A program made the translations under genes and the position numbers. The notes under the pieces were generated by a model. The model was not told where the DNA came from. It made no database searches and saw only the letters and a program-made list of their open reading frames with translations. Of a stretch of 34,521 nucleotides of DNA, positions 12,144-24,099 are shown in pieces. This stretch comes from Octopus bimaculoides (taxonomy: Eukaryota), in contig NC_068995.1 in the NCBI RefSeq assembly GCF_001194135.2, positions 13,928,490-13,963,010 on the forward strand, in the 5' to 3' direction. Each line of letters starts with the position of its first letter. Position 1 is the stretch's first letter.

Positions 12144-12523
12144 GTAAGTGAAAAGCTTGTTTTGTTAAATTCAACTAATTACGATAACCCTGTGGAATGA
12201 GATGAAGAGTAATTAAGACTTTTAGAAATTTTGACATCATGAAGAAAAAAAAAGAAAAAGAAAAAATGCTGCAGTTGACCATTTTATTTATTTTGAGATT
12301 TGTAGTTGGTTGAGTTAATATAATGCCATTGTACCAACTAAAGGACCAATTATTGCACTGCACTGTATTCATATCTCTTAAAGAGCCTATCTAACTGTGT
12401 AGATTGCAGATTACAACTTTAAGCAGTGGCATCACTTATACAATTAATATTGTTTCATTAATTTGCAATCATGTGGTTCATGTTTTGGGGGTTAAAACTA
12501 GGTTTCAATATTGAATATCAGTT

Positions 12524-12740
12524 TAAGGTGATAAGCTGGCGGAATTGTTAACACTCCAGACAAAATGCTGCTAAGCATTTTGTCTGTCTTTACGTTCCAA
12601 GTTCAAATTCCACTGAGGTTGACTTTGCCTTTCATCTTTCTGGGCTTGATAAAATAAGTACCAGTTGGATACTGGGGTCATTTTAATTGACTTACTCCTC
12701 CTCTGAAATTGCTGGCCTTGTACCAAAATCTAAAATCAGT
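12524..12740 (+). mobile_element. SINE family B, near full length
   Basis: Head TAAGGTGATAAGCTGGCGGAATT, B-box AAGTTCAAATTCC, family body and tail. Confidence 0.85.
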
Positions 12741-13210
12741 ATTAAATAACAGTTCTTCCGAAACAGGTTTCAGAGAGTTTGTTTTGCTTCCCTAGATAAT
12801 ACCATGTGAAAGCACAGACTTGAAGTGATACTTTTATACTCCTAACATGTTATGGAGTTCACTTTTGGCTGATTTTGAAAATATTTGCATAGAATGCTGA
12901 CCATATGGATCATCATCATTATTTAACATCCGTTTTCCATGCTGGCATATATGTTAGACAATATCACTGGTGTTGGTAAGCTGGAGAGCTGCACCAGGCT
13001 CCAGTTGTCTTTTTTGGGGCTTGGTTTCTTTGGGTGGATACCCTTCCTAATGTCAGCCACTTTACAGAGAGAGTATACTGGGTGTTTCTTACATGTCACC
13101 AGCATGGGTGTCATGGATGAATTCTAAATTATTTTTATGCTTAACTCTCATAACGATATTTTCTTTCAAATTATATAACGAAATTAATATTTGTTTTGCT
13201 TCTTTTGCAG

Positions 13211-13246
13211 ATGATTCAACAAATATCATAGACAAAAATAAATTAG
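13211..13246 (+). CDS. SLMAP: SLMAP exon 10 (microexon): (D)DSTNIIDKNKL
   Basis: tcttttgcag|...TTAG|gtatgt; 36 nt, phase 1-1. Confidence 0.75.
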
Positions 13247-13413
13247 GTATGTATCGAAATAAAAAGCTATTTTCAATTATTTAATTTCGTTGTCATATAC
13301 CAGCAAAGAAAATCATTGGTAAACTTATTTTTACTAAAGACTGTGCTCGGTATGGTAGTCTTGAGCTTGTTATTGGTATCGGTTATAGTTTGTATAGCAG
13401 ATGTGGTTATCTA

Positions 13414-13790
13414 GTGGGCCCGGTTTCCCGGTTTCTATGGCATATGTGTCNNNNNNNNNNNNNNNNNNNNNNNNNNNNNNNNNNNNNNNNNNNNNNNNNN
13501 NNNNNNNNNNNNNNNNNNNNNNNNNNNNNNNNNNNNNNNNNNNNNNNNNNNNNNNNNCGTAGCTGGACGGGACGCCAGTCCATCGCAGAGTTACTCAAGA
13601 AACAGGAAGGAAGAGTGAGAGAAAGTTGTGGTGAAAGAGTACAACAGGGGTCGTCACCAACCTCTGCTGGAGCCTTGTGGAGCTTAGGTGTTTTCACTCA
13701 ATAAACACTCACAACACCCGGTCTGGGAATTGAAACCACAATCCTCTGACCGTGAGTCCGCTGTCCTAACCACTGGGCCATTGCGCTTCC
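13414..13790 (-). mobile_element. SINE family C variant (gap inside)
   Basis: Reverse head GGAAGCGCAATGGCCCAGTGGTTAGG...GGTTTCAATTCC. The tail catatgccatagaaaccgggaaacc is shared with 20872-21132. Confidence 0.82.
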
Positions 13791-14331
13791 TATCTAGCAG
13801 ACCCTGTACTTAATAATATCGATTGTAATGCTTTTCAATAAAAACAGCATAGAATTATCCATTTTCTCATAAAACTGTTTTTATATTTAAATAAAATAAG
13901 TTTAAGGGAATGGTCAGTTTTACATCTTAAAAGCTGAGGTTCCTTTCGGAGGCTAACGATGCTCAAGATTTGAACCGATGTTGAACTTCTACATGTGCAT
14001 CTTACATTAGAGTACTGCACACATATCTACAATAAAGTACCTGCTTCTCTCTCTCTCTCTTTCACTCTCTGCCTAGAGCCTATAGTACTCTATATTAACT
14101 TTAGTCAATAAGAGAGATTCCACAGTAGATTGTGATACGAAGGAGATTTGTTTACTGTGCTATTTGTAGCAGATCAACACTGTCCAACACCTTGGAACTT
14201 CTGTACCAAAGCTCCACCACTGGATGCAGTTTAAAGATGTACCCAGAATACATTCTACATGCACCAGTTCATTATTTTGCCCATTGTATTCATACTGTTT
14301 CTGATTATGAACTGTGATTGGTGGTATGTAT

Positions 14332-14345
<14 letters not shown>

Positions 14346-14392
<47 letters not shown>
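14346..14392. repeat. (CA)n microsatellite
   Basis: Direct reading. Confidence 0.98.
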
Positions 14393-14395
<3 letters not shown>

Positions 14396-14516
14396 AGAGG
14401 CCGTCTCGTGTTGACTCAGATAAAATGTGGTGGTAATTTAAAATGATTCATTACAAGAATGGTTTGAATATAAGTTTATATTTCTGAATTATATAAAATT
14501 ATTTTTCTCACTTCAG

Positions 14517-14579
14517 GTGAACAAAATGTTGAAATTATTCCAATCAGTAAAATGGATCAAGAATCTGAAGACTTACAAG
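14517..14579 (+). CDS. SLMAP: SLMAP exon 11: (G)EQNVEIIPISKMDQESEDLQ
   Basis: cttcag|...CAAG|gtagaa; 63 nt, phase 1-1. Confidence 0.8.
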
Positions 14580-14639
14580 GTAGAATTATTGCTTTCACAA
14601 ATTGATTAATAAAACCAATTAAACGGATACATTCCTATG

Positions 14640-14912
14640 TTGACATATACAGTGGGCCCTCCTGTTGTAAACAACACATGAGGGTTGCACATCTTCTTGC
14701 TGAACAACCTGCACAAATTCTATTATAGTGATCAGATGTTTGTGCAGTACATTAACTCTCTCCCTTGTTCAAATCGACATTACCTGTACAGGTACATGGT
14801 GTGCCACCCATCAAATGTTGAAGTGATTGTAGAGGAGCATAAATGGAAGTGTTTTGTTCAAGAGCATAACACACCACTCTGTCCGGGAATCAAAACCCTG
14901 AACTTGCTCATC
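14640..14912 (-). mobile_element. Degenerate CORE-like SINE
   Basis: aagtgttttgttcaagagcataacac...ccgggaatcaaaacc is the reverse of a B-box plus CORE-like block. Confidence 0.55.
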
Positions 14913-15137
14913 TAAGGCTAATGACATCAAGGATGATTCCATGATGATGGTGATGATGACAACAATGTCAGCTATGACAATAACTAAAATAAAATAAAAA
15001 TTGCTTAAGAAAAACCAAATACCTGCTGATGACTCTGCAGCTATATATTTTTTTCTCTTTTTACATTTTTATGTTTTTGTATTGTGTGTAATTTTTTTAT
15101 ATTTTTACACCAAATTTTTATTTTCCTTCTGATTCAG

Positions 15138-15179
15138 AAAAATTACAAGAAAAACAACAACTAATTGTTAATTATAAAG
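15138..15179 (+). CDS. SLMAP: SLMAP exon 12: (E)KLQEKQQLIVNYK
   Basis: Long pyrimidine tract, gattcag|...AAAG|gtaaat; 42 nt, phase 1-1. Confidence 0.8.
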
Positions 15180-15449
15180 GTAAATAAATATTTCCTGTTT
15201 TTAATTTTCTCTGCTAATTCTTTACGGGAAAACAGTTGATCGAATCTAGCATATTTGTGACACTCGCTTGATTAATTTGGAAGGGACAGAAAGCTGTTTA
15301 CCTCCAGCAAGGTTCGAATTGGAATACAAGAGATTATAACTTGTCTGATGCTTCTTTGATTTGGCTATCCAACACCGTTAATTTAAATTAAACAGATAGA
15401 GAATGTTATGTGATATGTGAAATAACATTCTCTGTCTGTCTGTCTCTCA

Positions 15450-15552
15450 CGCATGGGTTTACTAGTTTCCATAGACCAAATTTACTTGCAAGGTATTGTT
15501 TGAACTAAGACTGTAGAAGTCACATGACCAAGGTGCCATGCAGTAGGTATTG
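15450..15552 (-). mobile_element. SINE-A head/core fragment
   Basis: Reverse complement of the ggcaccttggtcatgtg...tacagtc core. Confidence 0.65.
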
Positions 15553-15853
15553 TTAGTCTACATTACCCAATAAGGAGTATTTTGTGCCAGTGGACATGAT
15601 CTTGGGCTATCTCCTTGATTTCAGACCAACAGAGACCAATTACTCTCACTTCATCTTCCATACATCCTTTCCAGGTCTGTTTAGGTCCTCCTACTTTCCC
15701 CTTTCCTTCAGGCTGCCAGGATAACACTTGTCTTGCAATGCTGCTTGCAGGTCTCCATAGAGTGTCACTGATCCAGCCCCATTTCCTAAAATCACATACT
15801 CATGTCTGTATCTATGCACAACTGTGGTTGCTGCTGTTTTTTTAGTAATGGTG

Positions 15854-16242
15854 ATCATCATCATTATTTAACGTCCACTTTTCCATGCTTGCATGGGTCT
15901 TGTAGAATTTCTTGAGGTAGATATTCTGCAGTCAGATGTCCTTCCTGTCTCCAGTCCTTGACCTGTTTCCAACCAAGGGAATATTTCCCATGACCTGTCA
16001 TGTTTTTCATGGATGACTGGAAATGAATGACATGCTCACTTACAACCACCATTGATATCTAAACATGGGTGCATACACACACACACACACACACTCACAA
16101 TGTCTGTCTACCAAATTCACTCACAAGGCACTGATTAGCTTAAGGCTATAGTAGAAGACACTTGACCAAGGTGCTATGTAGTAACACTGAACCCAAAGCC
16201 ATGTGGTTGGGAAGTAAGCTTCTCAACCACACAGCCATGCCT
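15854..16242 (-). mobile_element. SINE family A head with tail type 2 ending in (GAT)n
   Basis: Reverse head ...accacacagccatgcc at 16225-16242; tail catggaaaagtggacgttaaataatgatgatg (reverse). Confidence 0.85.
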
Positions 16243-16656
16243 GGCAGATAATAAAATCGGCTTTGAAACATTTAGTAACATTTTGTTAAGTTCTCAGTTT
16301 AAATCTTTGAGAACATTTTCTTTTGTCCTTTTGTGGTATATAAAACTGTGGTTAAATATAATTGAATTTACCCTTCACAAAATTATTGGCTCTTTGCCTG
16401 TACCAAAAATCATTATGAACAAAATAACCGCACCACTGTCATCACCACCACCATCGTCTTGTTACAGAAGACTGGGTCCCTGCAATCATTTATGCTGTAT
16501 ACTTATGGATATAATACTGTCTGTTAATTTTTTTTGTTTCAATAAAGCTAGGTATAGTAATATAATAAGGTGTAATTATATTGTAGTTAAAATTCAATTT
16601 TTTTTTTTTTTTTTTAATGATTTTTCTGAAGTTTTTCTTTATTTCTTGTTCTGTAG

Positions 16657-16719
16657 CCAAAATTGAAGAGCTTGAATCTCAAGTGAAAAGTAGCCAACAG
16701 GAAGTAGATAAAATTCAAT
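16657..16719 (+). CDS. SLMAP: SLMAP exon 13: (A)KIEELESQVKSSQQEVDKIQ
   Basis: ttctgtag|...CAAT|gtaagt; 63 nt, phase 1-1, coiled-coil. Confidence 0.87.
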
Positions 16720-17494
16720 GTAAGTAGAACGTAATCAAAGTATTCTATTGATTCTTTTACAGGCATTCTTGTGGTTCGCACGAGTAGGGGTTGGTGAATT
16801 TTATACTAGGGATGTAAAAAGAAAATTTATATATACTTTTAAAGTCAAATTTAGCTTTGAAATAAGCTGTTTTATTCATTTGTAACTTTTTATCTGTGAT
16901 AATATGTAAGTAGAGTGTATATTATTGATCAAAACAGTGTTTAACTCCAGCTCATGCCTTATTGAACCAATATTTCATTCGTGGGCATTCTAGCCATGAC
17001 CATCCCATTGATTTTTTTTGATTTTTTTTTTTGCCCATACATATTGTATCTAACACTATTATGATAGTGTATAGTATCTTCCTGTCTTCAAAACTGGGCT
17101 GTGATTTGAGGGATATATATTTCTGGGGGCTGCTATTTCTAGAAAATTGAGTGACCACCTACAAGTTGCATTGTTGGCTCATGAACAAAAATGCTTATTG
17201 AGGTGGCGGCAATATATAACATATAGTTGGTTTAGGTTGATGAAGTAAGTTTTGAATCAATTATCTATTTTATATAAATTTTATTCCATTTATTTTGTTA
17301 GTCTGAAAATGTATCTTTGATTTTTTTTTTTTTCTAGTTTCTAATTGTTTTCATACTAGACTGCTTTTTACGGATTCTGTATATTTAGTATTCTCTCACC
17401 CTCTCTCTCTTTCTCTCGTACATTTATTTCATACAATTGATATATCTCTCTGGCTATTGATATTATATTTTATTCATTTTCCATTTGTCTTCAG

Positions 17495-17557
17495 CTGAAC
17501 TAGACCAAGCTACCAGGGATTCTAACAAATACATATTAGAAATTGCTGCCTTAGAAA
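17495..17557 (+). CDS. SLMAP: SLMAP exon 14: (S)ELDQATRDSNKYILEIAALE
   Basis: tcttcag|...GAAA|gtaagt; 63 nt, phase 1-1. Needed to avoid a junction TAA between exons 13 and 15. Confidence 0.87.
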
Positions 17558-18073
17558 GTAAGTTTAAAATTCTCTTTGATATTCTATCAGACATGTTGTG
17601 AATTATTTCTTCAAATGATAGAATTCTAGAAGTATGTTGTTGCGTAACAAATATCACTGCACATCTCACTTGATTTCTGCACAAATTTCATTTCAAATAT
17701 GTTTTTTTTTTCCTAGTTCATATTCATATTTAATTTCTAAAATCTTTTTTTTTTTTTTAAGTGTTTCACGGGTTTTTAATGACGTGTCCATAATTATCTA
17801 CTAAGCATTTCTCCTACATTTTATTTTATACTAAAGTTAATTTTATTCAAAAGCAACTTTTTTGCTATCTTTATTTGATGGCTTGCTTAGTTTTTTTTTC
17901 CTTCTCCTTATGTGGCTATTGTCTTTAATACTACACAAAACTTCAAATATATATGCTGCAAAGAAAACAAAATAAAAATAAGAAAATTAACATAGGCTGA
18001 CTAATGTTTTGGAGTGAAATATATTCACAACTGTGGAGTAGTTGTGTATGAGTATGTGTGCATATAACATGAT

Positions 18074-18108
<35 letters not shown>

Positions 18109-19011
18109 GTATTTTTTGCTAAGCATTGAAGAGGTGATTTAACATAGATTATATAATGTCTCAATAAGCAATTATGTGATCCTTGCAAGAATTTGCCAAA
18201 ATACGTGTGTTTTATTATACATGTTTTCTGTATTTTATTGTGAGAGAGAACTTAGAAAGATGTGTAAATTGGTGCATCAAACAAGAATACTGTGCTGAAT
18301 TATGTTAAGAATACCTTTGTTATTGAAGTCATTATAATTGATCAAAATTCTTTGGATATGGTGTTCCAGCATGGCCATACTCTAAAAAAAAAAACTGAAA
18401 TAAAAGAATAAAGAACAAACAGCTTTGACAGAATTAATATAAAGCTATTAGTATTTAGTTACTGTAGTAACTTAGTATAGAAGATGAATGTAATCTTGTT
18501 TTATTACTGATAGTTACTGGATGCTGAACTAAATTTTACATATCTCTTTCTGTGTCTGGTAGTATTGGTGCCTTCATATTCCACTTGACCATTTGTCGGT
18601 CAATGTTTGCTGGAATAACATGGGTGGGGATGGAATTCTAGTACATGGCTGTGCTAAGAGGAGAGTTTTGGTGATTTAGACATTGGGAGAGTAACAGAAG
18701 AGATGAGATAAGTGGAGATTGAGTCAAGTGTACTTAGATGGCAAGTGGCTATAGCTTGGTAGTTTAGATGACCTGTGTCTGTTGTAGTAGAGATAGAAAA
18801 GGCCAAAGAGAGGAAACGGTATGCCTGTGATCTAGTGGTTTAAATGTGTTGGTGAGTGGATCATTATTAGTCATTTGAAGGGTCTTTCTTTATTTATTAA
18901 ATTTTTTTTTTTTTGGTGAAGGCGGATGCAATCATAAATATCTGTGGTGGTGGAGTGATACCACCACCACCACCACCACCACCACCACCATCACTGTCCT
19001 TTAGATTTTAG

Positions 19012-19422
19012 AAATCATCAACAATATCATTTTTCAACACTTGTTTTTCTACGCTTGATTGAATTAGTTGGAGATTTTTTGAGGTAGATTTTCTATGGTC
19101 GGATGCCATTCCTGTTACCAGCCTCACCCATTTCCCATCGAGGTGATATTTCCCCATGATCAGACATGTCCCTTCATGTCTGATTATGAAATATTGGAAG
19201 TGACACTGCCTGTTTGACAGTAACAATCATTTACAACTATCACATGATGTTGAGACAGAGACATAACTTCCCCCGACACACACACACACAACAAGTTTCT
19301 TTCGGTTTCTGTATGCCATATCCACTCACATAGCTTTTATCAGCCTATTGACTACAATAGAAGACACATGCCCAAGGTGCCCAATCATGGGACTGAACCC
19401 ATAACCATGTGATTGGAAACCA
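19012..19422 (-). mobile_element. SINE-A head with tail type 2, degenerate
   Basis: agaagacacatgcccaaggtgcc...gggactgaaccc core/head in reverse; gaggtagattttct tail block as at 15854. Confidence 0.8.
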
Positions 19423-19850
19423 TACAAAAAAAAAAAGCGTTAATGTGTTAGCAAGTTTTTGTTGGAATAATTCCTCTTATCATTGGATAGTTTAAAATCC
19501 AGATCCATTTGGCTGCTAGTCTGAACTTCTGGCCCGTGTGATTGGTAGTCCAAACATTCAAAGCCAACAGAAGGCATTGTGCCATATGGAATGTTGATGG
19601 GGAAATATAATAGTTTTAATGCTTCATTGTTGACTTTAGAATGCTATCCTTCATCTAAAGTGCTGATATGATAATGGCAATGAATTTTTAGAGTGGATGA
19701 GCTTCAAGTTGTAGCATTTAGAAAGTATTTCCTGATTGGCTGCACTTAGGGGCGGCTGTTGATAAGTTAATACTTATTAGCTATAGAACCAGTGTTTTCT
19801 TGGATGTAATCATCCCTTTAAGAGGTTAATGTATTCTCTAATTAACTTAT

Positions 19851-20008
19851 CATCATCATCATCATCGTCGTCGTTTAACGTCCACTTTCCATGCTAGCAT
19901 GGGTTGGACGATTTGACTGAGGACTGGTGAAACCAGATGGCTACACCTGGCTCCAATCTGATTTGGCAGAGTTTCTACAGCTGGATGCCCTTCCTAATGC
20001 CAACCACT
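19851..20008 (-). mobile_element. Retroposon 3' end (tail type 3, (GAT)n end), young copy
   Basis: catcatc-gtttaacgtccactttccatgctagcatgggttggacgatttgactgaggactgg, near identical to 23750 and 29017. Confidence 0.85.
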
Positions 20009-20009
20009 C

Positions 20010-20130
20010 ACAGAAAATTGTGTGTGTGTGTGTTTGTCTATGTTTGTCCCCCTCCACCGCTTGACAACCAGTGTCGATGTGTTTACGTTCCCGTAACTTA
20101 GCGGTTCGGCAAAGAGACCGCTAGATTAAG
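20010..20130 (+). mobile_element. SINE-A internal fragment (tail type 1)
   Basis: tttgtccccctccaccgcttgacaacc...taacttagcggttcggcaaagagacc matches 7058-7215. Confidence 0.8.
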
Positions 20131-20675
20131 TTACACATAGCAGTTCAAACAAAAGATATGCTGGACATATTGGTTGGGCAACTTTTTGTAGATTCAAGGA
20201 GACCCAATATTTTGAGTGTGATGGAACGGATCACAAATTATAAATTTAGAAGTTCTCTCCCTTATTTTCTTTCACCATTTCTTCACTGCATAACTTCTCT
20301 GTAAAGGGAAGCAACTGGTTAATTTCAGAGCGGTCATTTATCTTTTCACTGTTAAGATATTTCCTCGTTCGGGCAACATCATCTCAAACGTCTAAATCAT
20401 ATTGAAACACTTGAAATGTGCAGATTTTATCTTGAATTTTCACGCTGATGTAATAATGGCACACTCAGCAGCTTATCGTTGTTGTTGTTGTTGTTGTCGT
20501 CACTGCTAGATAAATTATTTGATGTCTTTATTTAACAACATACTGCAAACCTTTATTTATCTATCTATTGCTTCACTCTATCAAAATCTAGTTTCTGTCT
20601 ATATTTCAATATTCTCACTTTGACATTGTTATTTAATCTTGCCTATGTATGTATATGTGCGCACACACACACACA

Positions 20676-21185
20676 CATCATTGTTGTCTAACGTTCACTT
20701 TTCCATGCTTATACTGGGTAGATGGAATTTGTTGAGGCAGACTCTTCCTGGCGCCAGCCCGCGAATGTTTATAAGCGAAGTAAATCCCATCCCCCAATCC
20801 ATGGCCAAACCTGTTTCTGTAGACGATCAGAAATGAAGGACATTATTTGTGTGATGGTAACACTCATTTTTGTGGAGGTGCATGGCTCAGTGGTTAGGGT
20901 GTCGGCATCATGATCATAAGATTGTGGTTTCGATTCCTGGACTGGGCGATGCGCTGTGTTCTTGAGCAAAACACTTCATTTCACGTTGCTCCAGTCCATT
21001 CAGCTGGCAAAAATGAGTAACACTGCGATGTACTGGCGTCCCGTCTAGCTGGGGAACACATATGCCATTGAAACCGGGAAACCAGGCCCATGAGCCTGGC
21101 TAGGTTTTAAAAGGGTGCACTTATTATTTTTTTAACACTCATTTTTAGAAACTATCATATAATGTCAAGTCAAGTGGTCACTAAC
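20676..21185 (-). mobile_element. Tail-type-2 element interrupted by a SINE-C insertion
   Basis: aacgttcacttttccatgctt tail. The host sequence resumes after the TSD and matches 19221-19255. Confidence 0.75.
20872..21132 (+). mobile_element. tRNA-headed CORE-like SINE family C, full length, 14-bp TSD
   Basis: A-box TGGCTCAGTGG, B-box GGTTTCGATTCC, CORE-like TGTGTTCTTGAGCAAAACACTT...CAGCTGGCAAAAATGAG. TSD TAACACTCATTTTT at 20858-20871 and 21133-21146. Confidence 0.9.
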
Positions 21186-21705
21186 ACGTACACATAAATT
21201 TATTATTTTACAAGAATGTTCTTGCCAGTAACTTTGAAGTTTTGGCAGTCCAAAAAATGGCTTAGCTGGACAAAACTTTGCTAACAACACTCTTTGTTTA
21301 AAAATATAATGCTTTTGTACTCTACAGAAGTTTAGAGTAACGTATCGGATTAATATAAAATTATTTCTATTATCATTGAGCATAAAAACAGACATTAAAT
21401 ATACACAGCCTTGGTTTTATCTCATTACGAAAAGTAAATCCTTATATATATATATATATGTATATATGTATATGTATGTATATTGGTGTAAATGGTTTTT
21501 ATGGCACCGGGTTTTATGATCCTGTAAATAATAAATATGGTATTTATATAAGCCTAAAGCTTATAGTGATCACCGTGCAATGACTAAGAAAATTAGTCTA
21601 ATAATGAGGCATATAAATCTTTGACAGAAAAAAAAGTAGGCTTTCCTATCCATGTGGGACTCTAACCCACATCCTTTTGTTAATGTGACTCAGTGTGTTA
21701 CCATA

Positions 21706-21736
<31 letters not shown>

Positions 21737-21764
21737 GTATATATATATTTTTATATGCACATGA

Positions 21765-21897
21765 TGGTCTTTTATTTTCCATCTACTAAATCACTCACAA
21801 GGCTTTGGCTGGTCTGGGCTATAGTAGAAGGCACTTGACCATGGTGCCATACAGTGGGATTCTACCCAAAACTATGGGATCTGGAAGCAAATTCTTA
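21765..21897 (-). mobile_element. SINE-A head/core fragment
   Basis: cactcacaaggctttgg...gctatagtagaaggcacttgacc, reverse of the family A core. Confidence 0.8.
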
Positions 21898-22063
21898 CCT
21901 ATACACACACAAACAAATAAGCTCTGTTAAATGTTGCATGATTGTTATTTGTTGTCAGTATTGCATTCCATTTTTCTTTTTTTTTTTTCCCCTCCCCTTT
22001 ATTTCTCTGCTTGAAGTATTGTTGTTTCTGCACTAAATGGTACGTCTTTATTTGTTCATGCAG

Positions 22064-22129
22064 AAAAATTACTACAATCTGATTTATATATAAACGAAAT
22101 GATGGATTCTACGATGGATAATTTAAAAC
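22064..22129 (+). CDS. SLMAP: SLMAP exon 15: (K)KLLQSDLYINEMMDSTMDNLK
   Basis: catgcag|...AAAC|gtaagt; 66 nt, phase 1-1. Confidence 0.82.
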
Positions 22130-23357
22130 GTAAGTTTTTCCAATGCTGCTTGTGTCCTGCATAACATCCTTGCTTTCTATTCTCTTTATGCATGGCTCGG
22201 TGCTGTTTCAACTGCAACACATATAAACATTCATACTTTATACTCTTTCTCATGTTTTCAGACTTATGTTATTTGATTGGGATATTCCAAGACATTTTAT
22301 TAGTATGTTTTAATATTTTGAGTTGAATAAAATGTAGAAATAAGCAAAAACAGATTCTTTGAACTACATACTTATTTTCAGACAGTAGGACAATTTTGGG
22401 AAGTATTTGGGTGCTGTTTCTGACAGGTTAAGTGACCATGTAGAGGCCCTGAATTGTGTTGATATAGACATGCTGTTAAAGTGTGCTGCAGCTGAAGGAA
22501 AACTTGTTTTTGAGACAAAGAAAAAAAGACAAAACAAACCATGCTTGACAATTGGATTGTTAATTAATTGATTCAGAAGTCAAGATCTTAAATCACTAGG
22601 GAATGTTTGTTTTATCTACAGGTCATCCCTGACTGAGCAAACCAATGTTGAAAGACATTGATATTCTTCCTCTGGCCAACGTATTTCTACTGCCCACCAC
22701 ACAAAATATATAGAACCATATTATTATCATATTTGTTGTTCTACTGTTAATTTAGTTGAGTGTAATTCAGTAGAGATTTAGCTGTTATTTCTGGTTAGTA
22801 AAGTGACCATATAAAGGTTCCATTTAACCAGCACCTTTTCTTTATACTCCCTTGACCTTACATACCCATTATTTGCTTCATTCTAGTTTCTAAAATAGTT
22901 TCTGATCTTATGGTTAAATTAGGTGAAAGCATGTTTTTAGAAATAAACCAAATGTGATTTACTTGCGCCAATGCCAACATGGAAGACGAAAATATAGAAA
23001 TGTAATTTGAAAAATATTTGACAGAAATCTAAACTAAGTTCCATTTTAGAAATTGGCACAGCTATTCTAATAGGATTCTATTAATTTGAGAAGTAATGTT
23101 TATCACCATTTCTTCATGGCAGTTCCATAGGAGCTGACATTACTGCCATTTTCAACCCTAGAAGGAGGCCTCTTCTAAGTTGCTTATTGATCAAAGGTGT
23201 TCCAGTAATGACCATCCAGTATTCTATTTTGAAAGAGTATGTCATGGACTGCATTATCTAATGTTGTCTTTCCATTTTTTTTTTTCCAAAGATATTAGAC
23301 TGCAACTTGAAGAAGATTTGACTTCTATTTCTTGCAGGTCCAAGTAACTACATAGAA

Positions 23358-23587
23358 CAGTGGCACTCAACCATTTTTTGCTTATGGACCCCCTTTGTTT
23401 CTTATTTTACTCTATTGGACCTTAATAGCCATTCAATATATTTTTTTAAAAATCCTACTTTACTTTTATAATTAAATATTATTAGGAATTGTATAAAAAG
23501 AAAAAATTTGTGCTATTGCAGATAATGTTTTAACAAAATCTTATATGGACTCCCAAGCACCATATGGACCCTGGTTGAGAACCACTG
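23358..23587. mobile_element. hAT (Charlie-like) MITE
   Basis: TIRs CAGTGGCACTCAACC / GGTTGAGAACCACTG; imperfect 8-bp TSD ACATAGAA / ATGTAGAA. Confidence 0.8.
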
Positions 23588-23749
23588 ATGTAGAAGTTCC
23601 TTTGTAGACCTAATTCTAAACTAATTACAGCTGATTCTTAGCTAATTACTAAGACAAAACCCTATTCAGCTGTTCCTCTCTCTGTTTACCTAATTGAGAA
23701 GATGAAAGAAAATTAAACTAAATTGCTGCATTTTTCAGGATACTATTTT

Positions 23750-23856
23750 CATCATCATCATCGTTTAACGTCTGCTTTCCTTGCTAGCATGTGTCGGACG
23801 ATTTGACTGAGGACTGGTGAAACCGGATGGCTACACCAGGCTCCAATCTGATTTAC
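23750..23856 (-). mobile_element. Retroposon 3' end, tail type 3
   Basis: Near identical to 19851-20008. Confidence 0.85.
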
Positions 23857-23979
23857 CAAAGATATTAAGCATCAGGGCTTTTGTCTTTTATTTTATTTTT
23901 TTTATTATTGTTGTTTTCAAGAAGATCAATTTAGCGATATATTATTGAGCATTGTTTTCTTTTCTTCTCTGTTTTACAG

Positions 23980-24042
23980 TGCAGTTGAAAGAAGCTCACC
24001 GGCAGACTGAGTGCAGCAGTGATTTGAACACACATTTAGAAG
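23980..24042 (+). CDS. SLMAP: SLMAP exon 16: (L)QLKEAHRQTECSSDLNTHLE
   Basis: gttttacag|...GAAG|gtaagt; 63 nt, phase 1-1. Confidence 0.85.
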
Positions 24043-24099
24043 GTAAGTAAAGAGATGGAAAATTGACTGCTTTTAGCTTGTCAGGAAGGCCTTTCTCTT

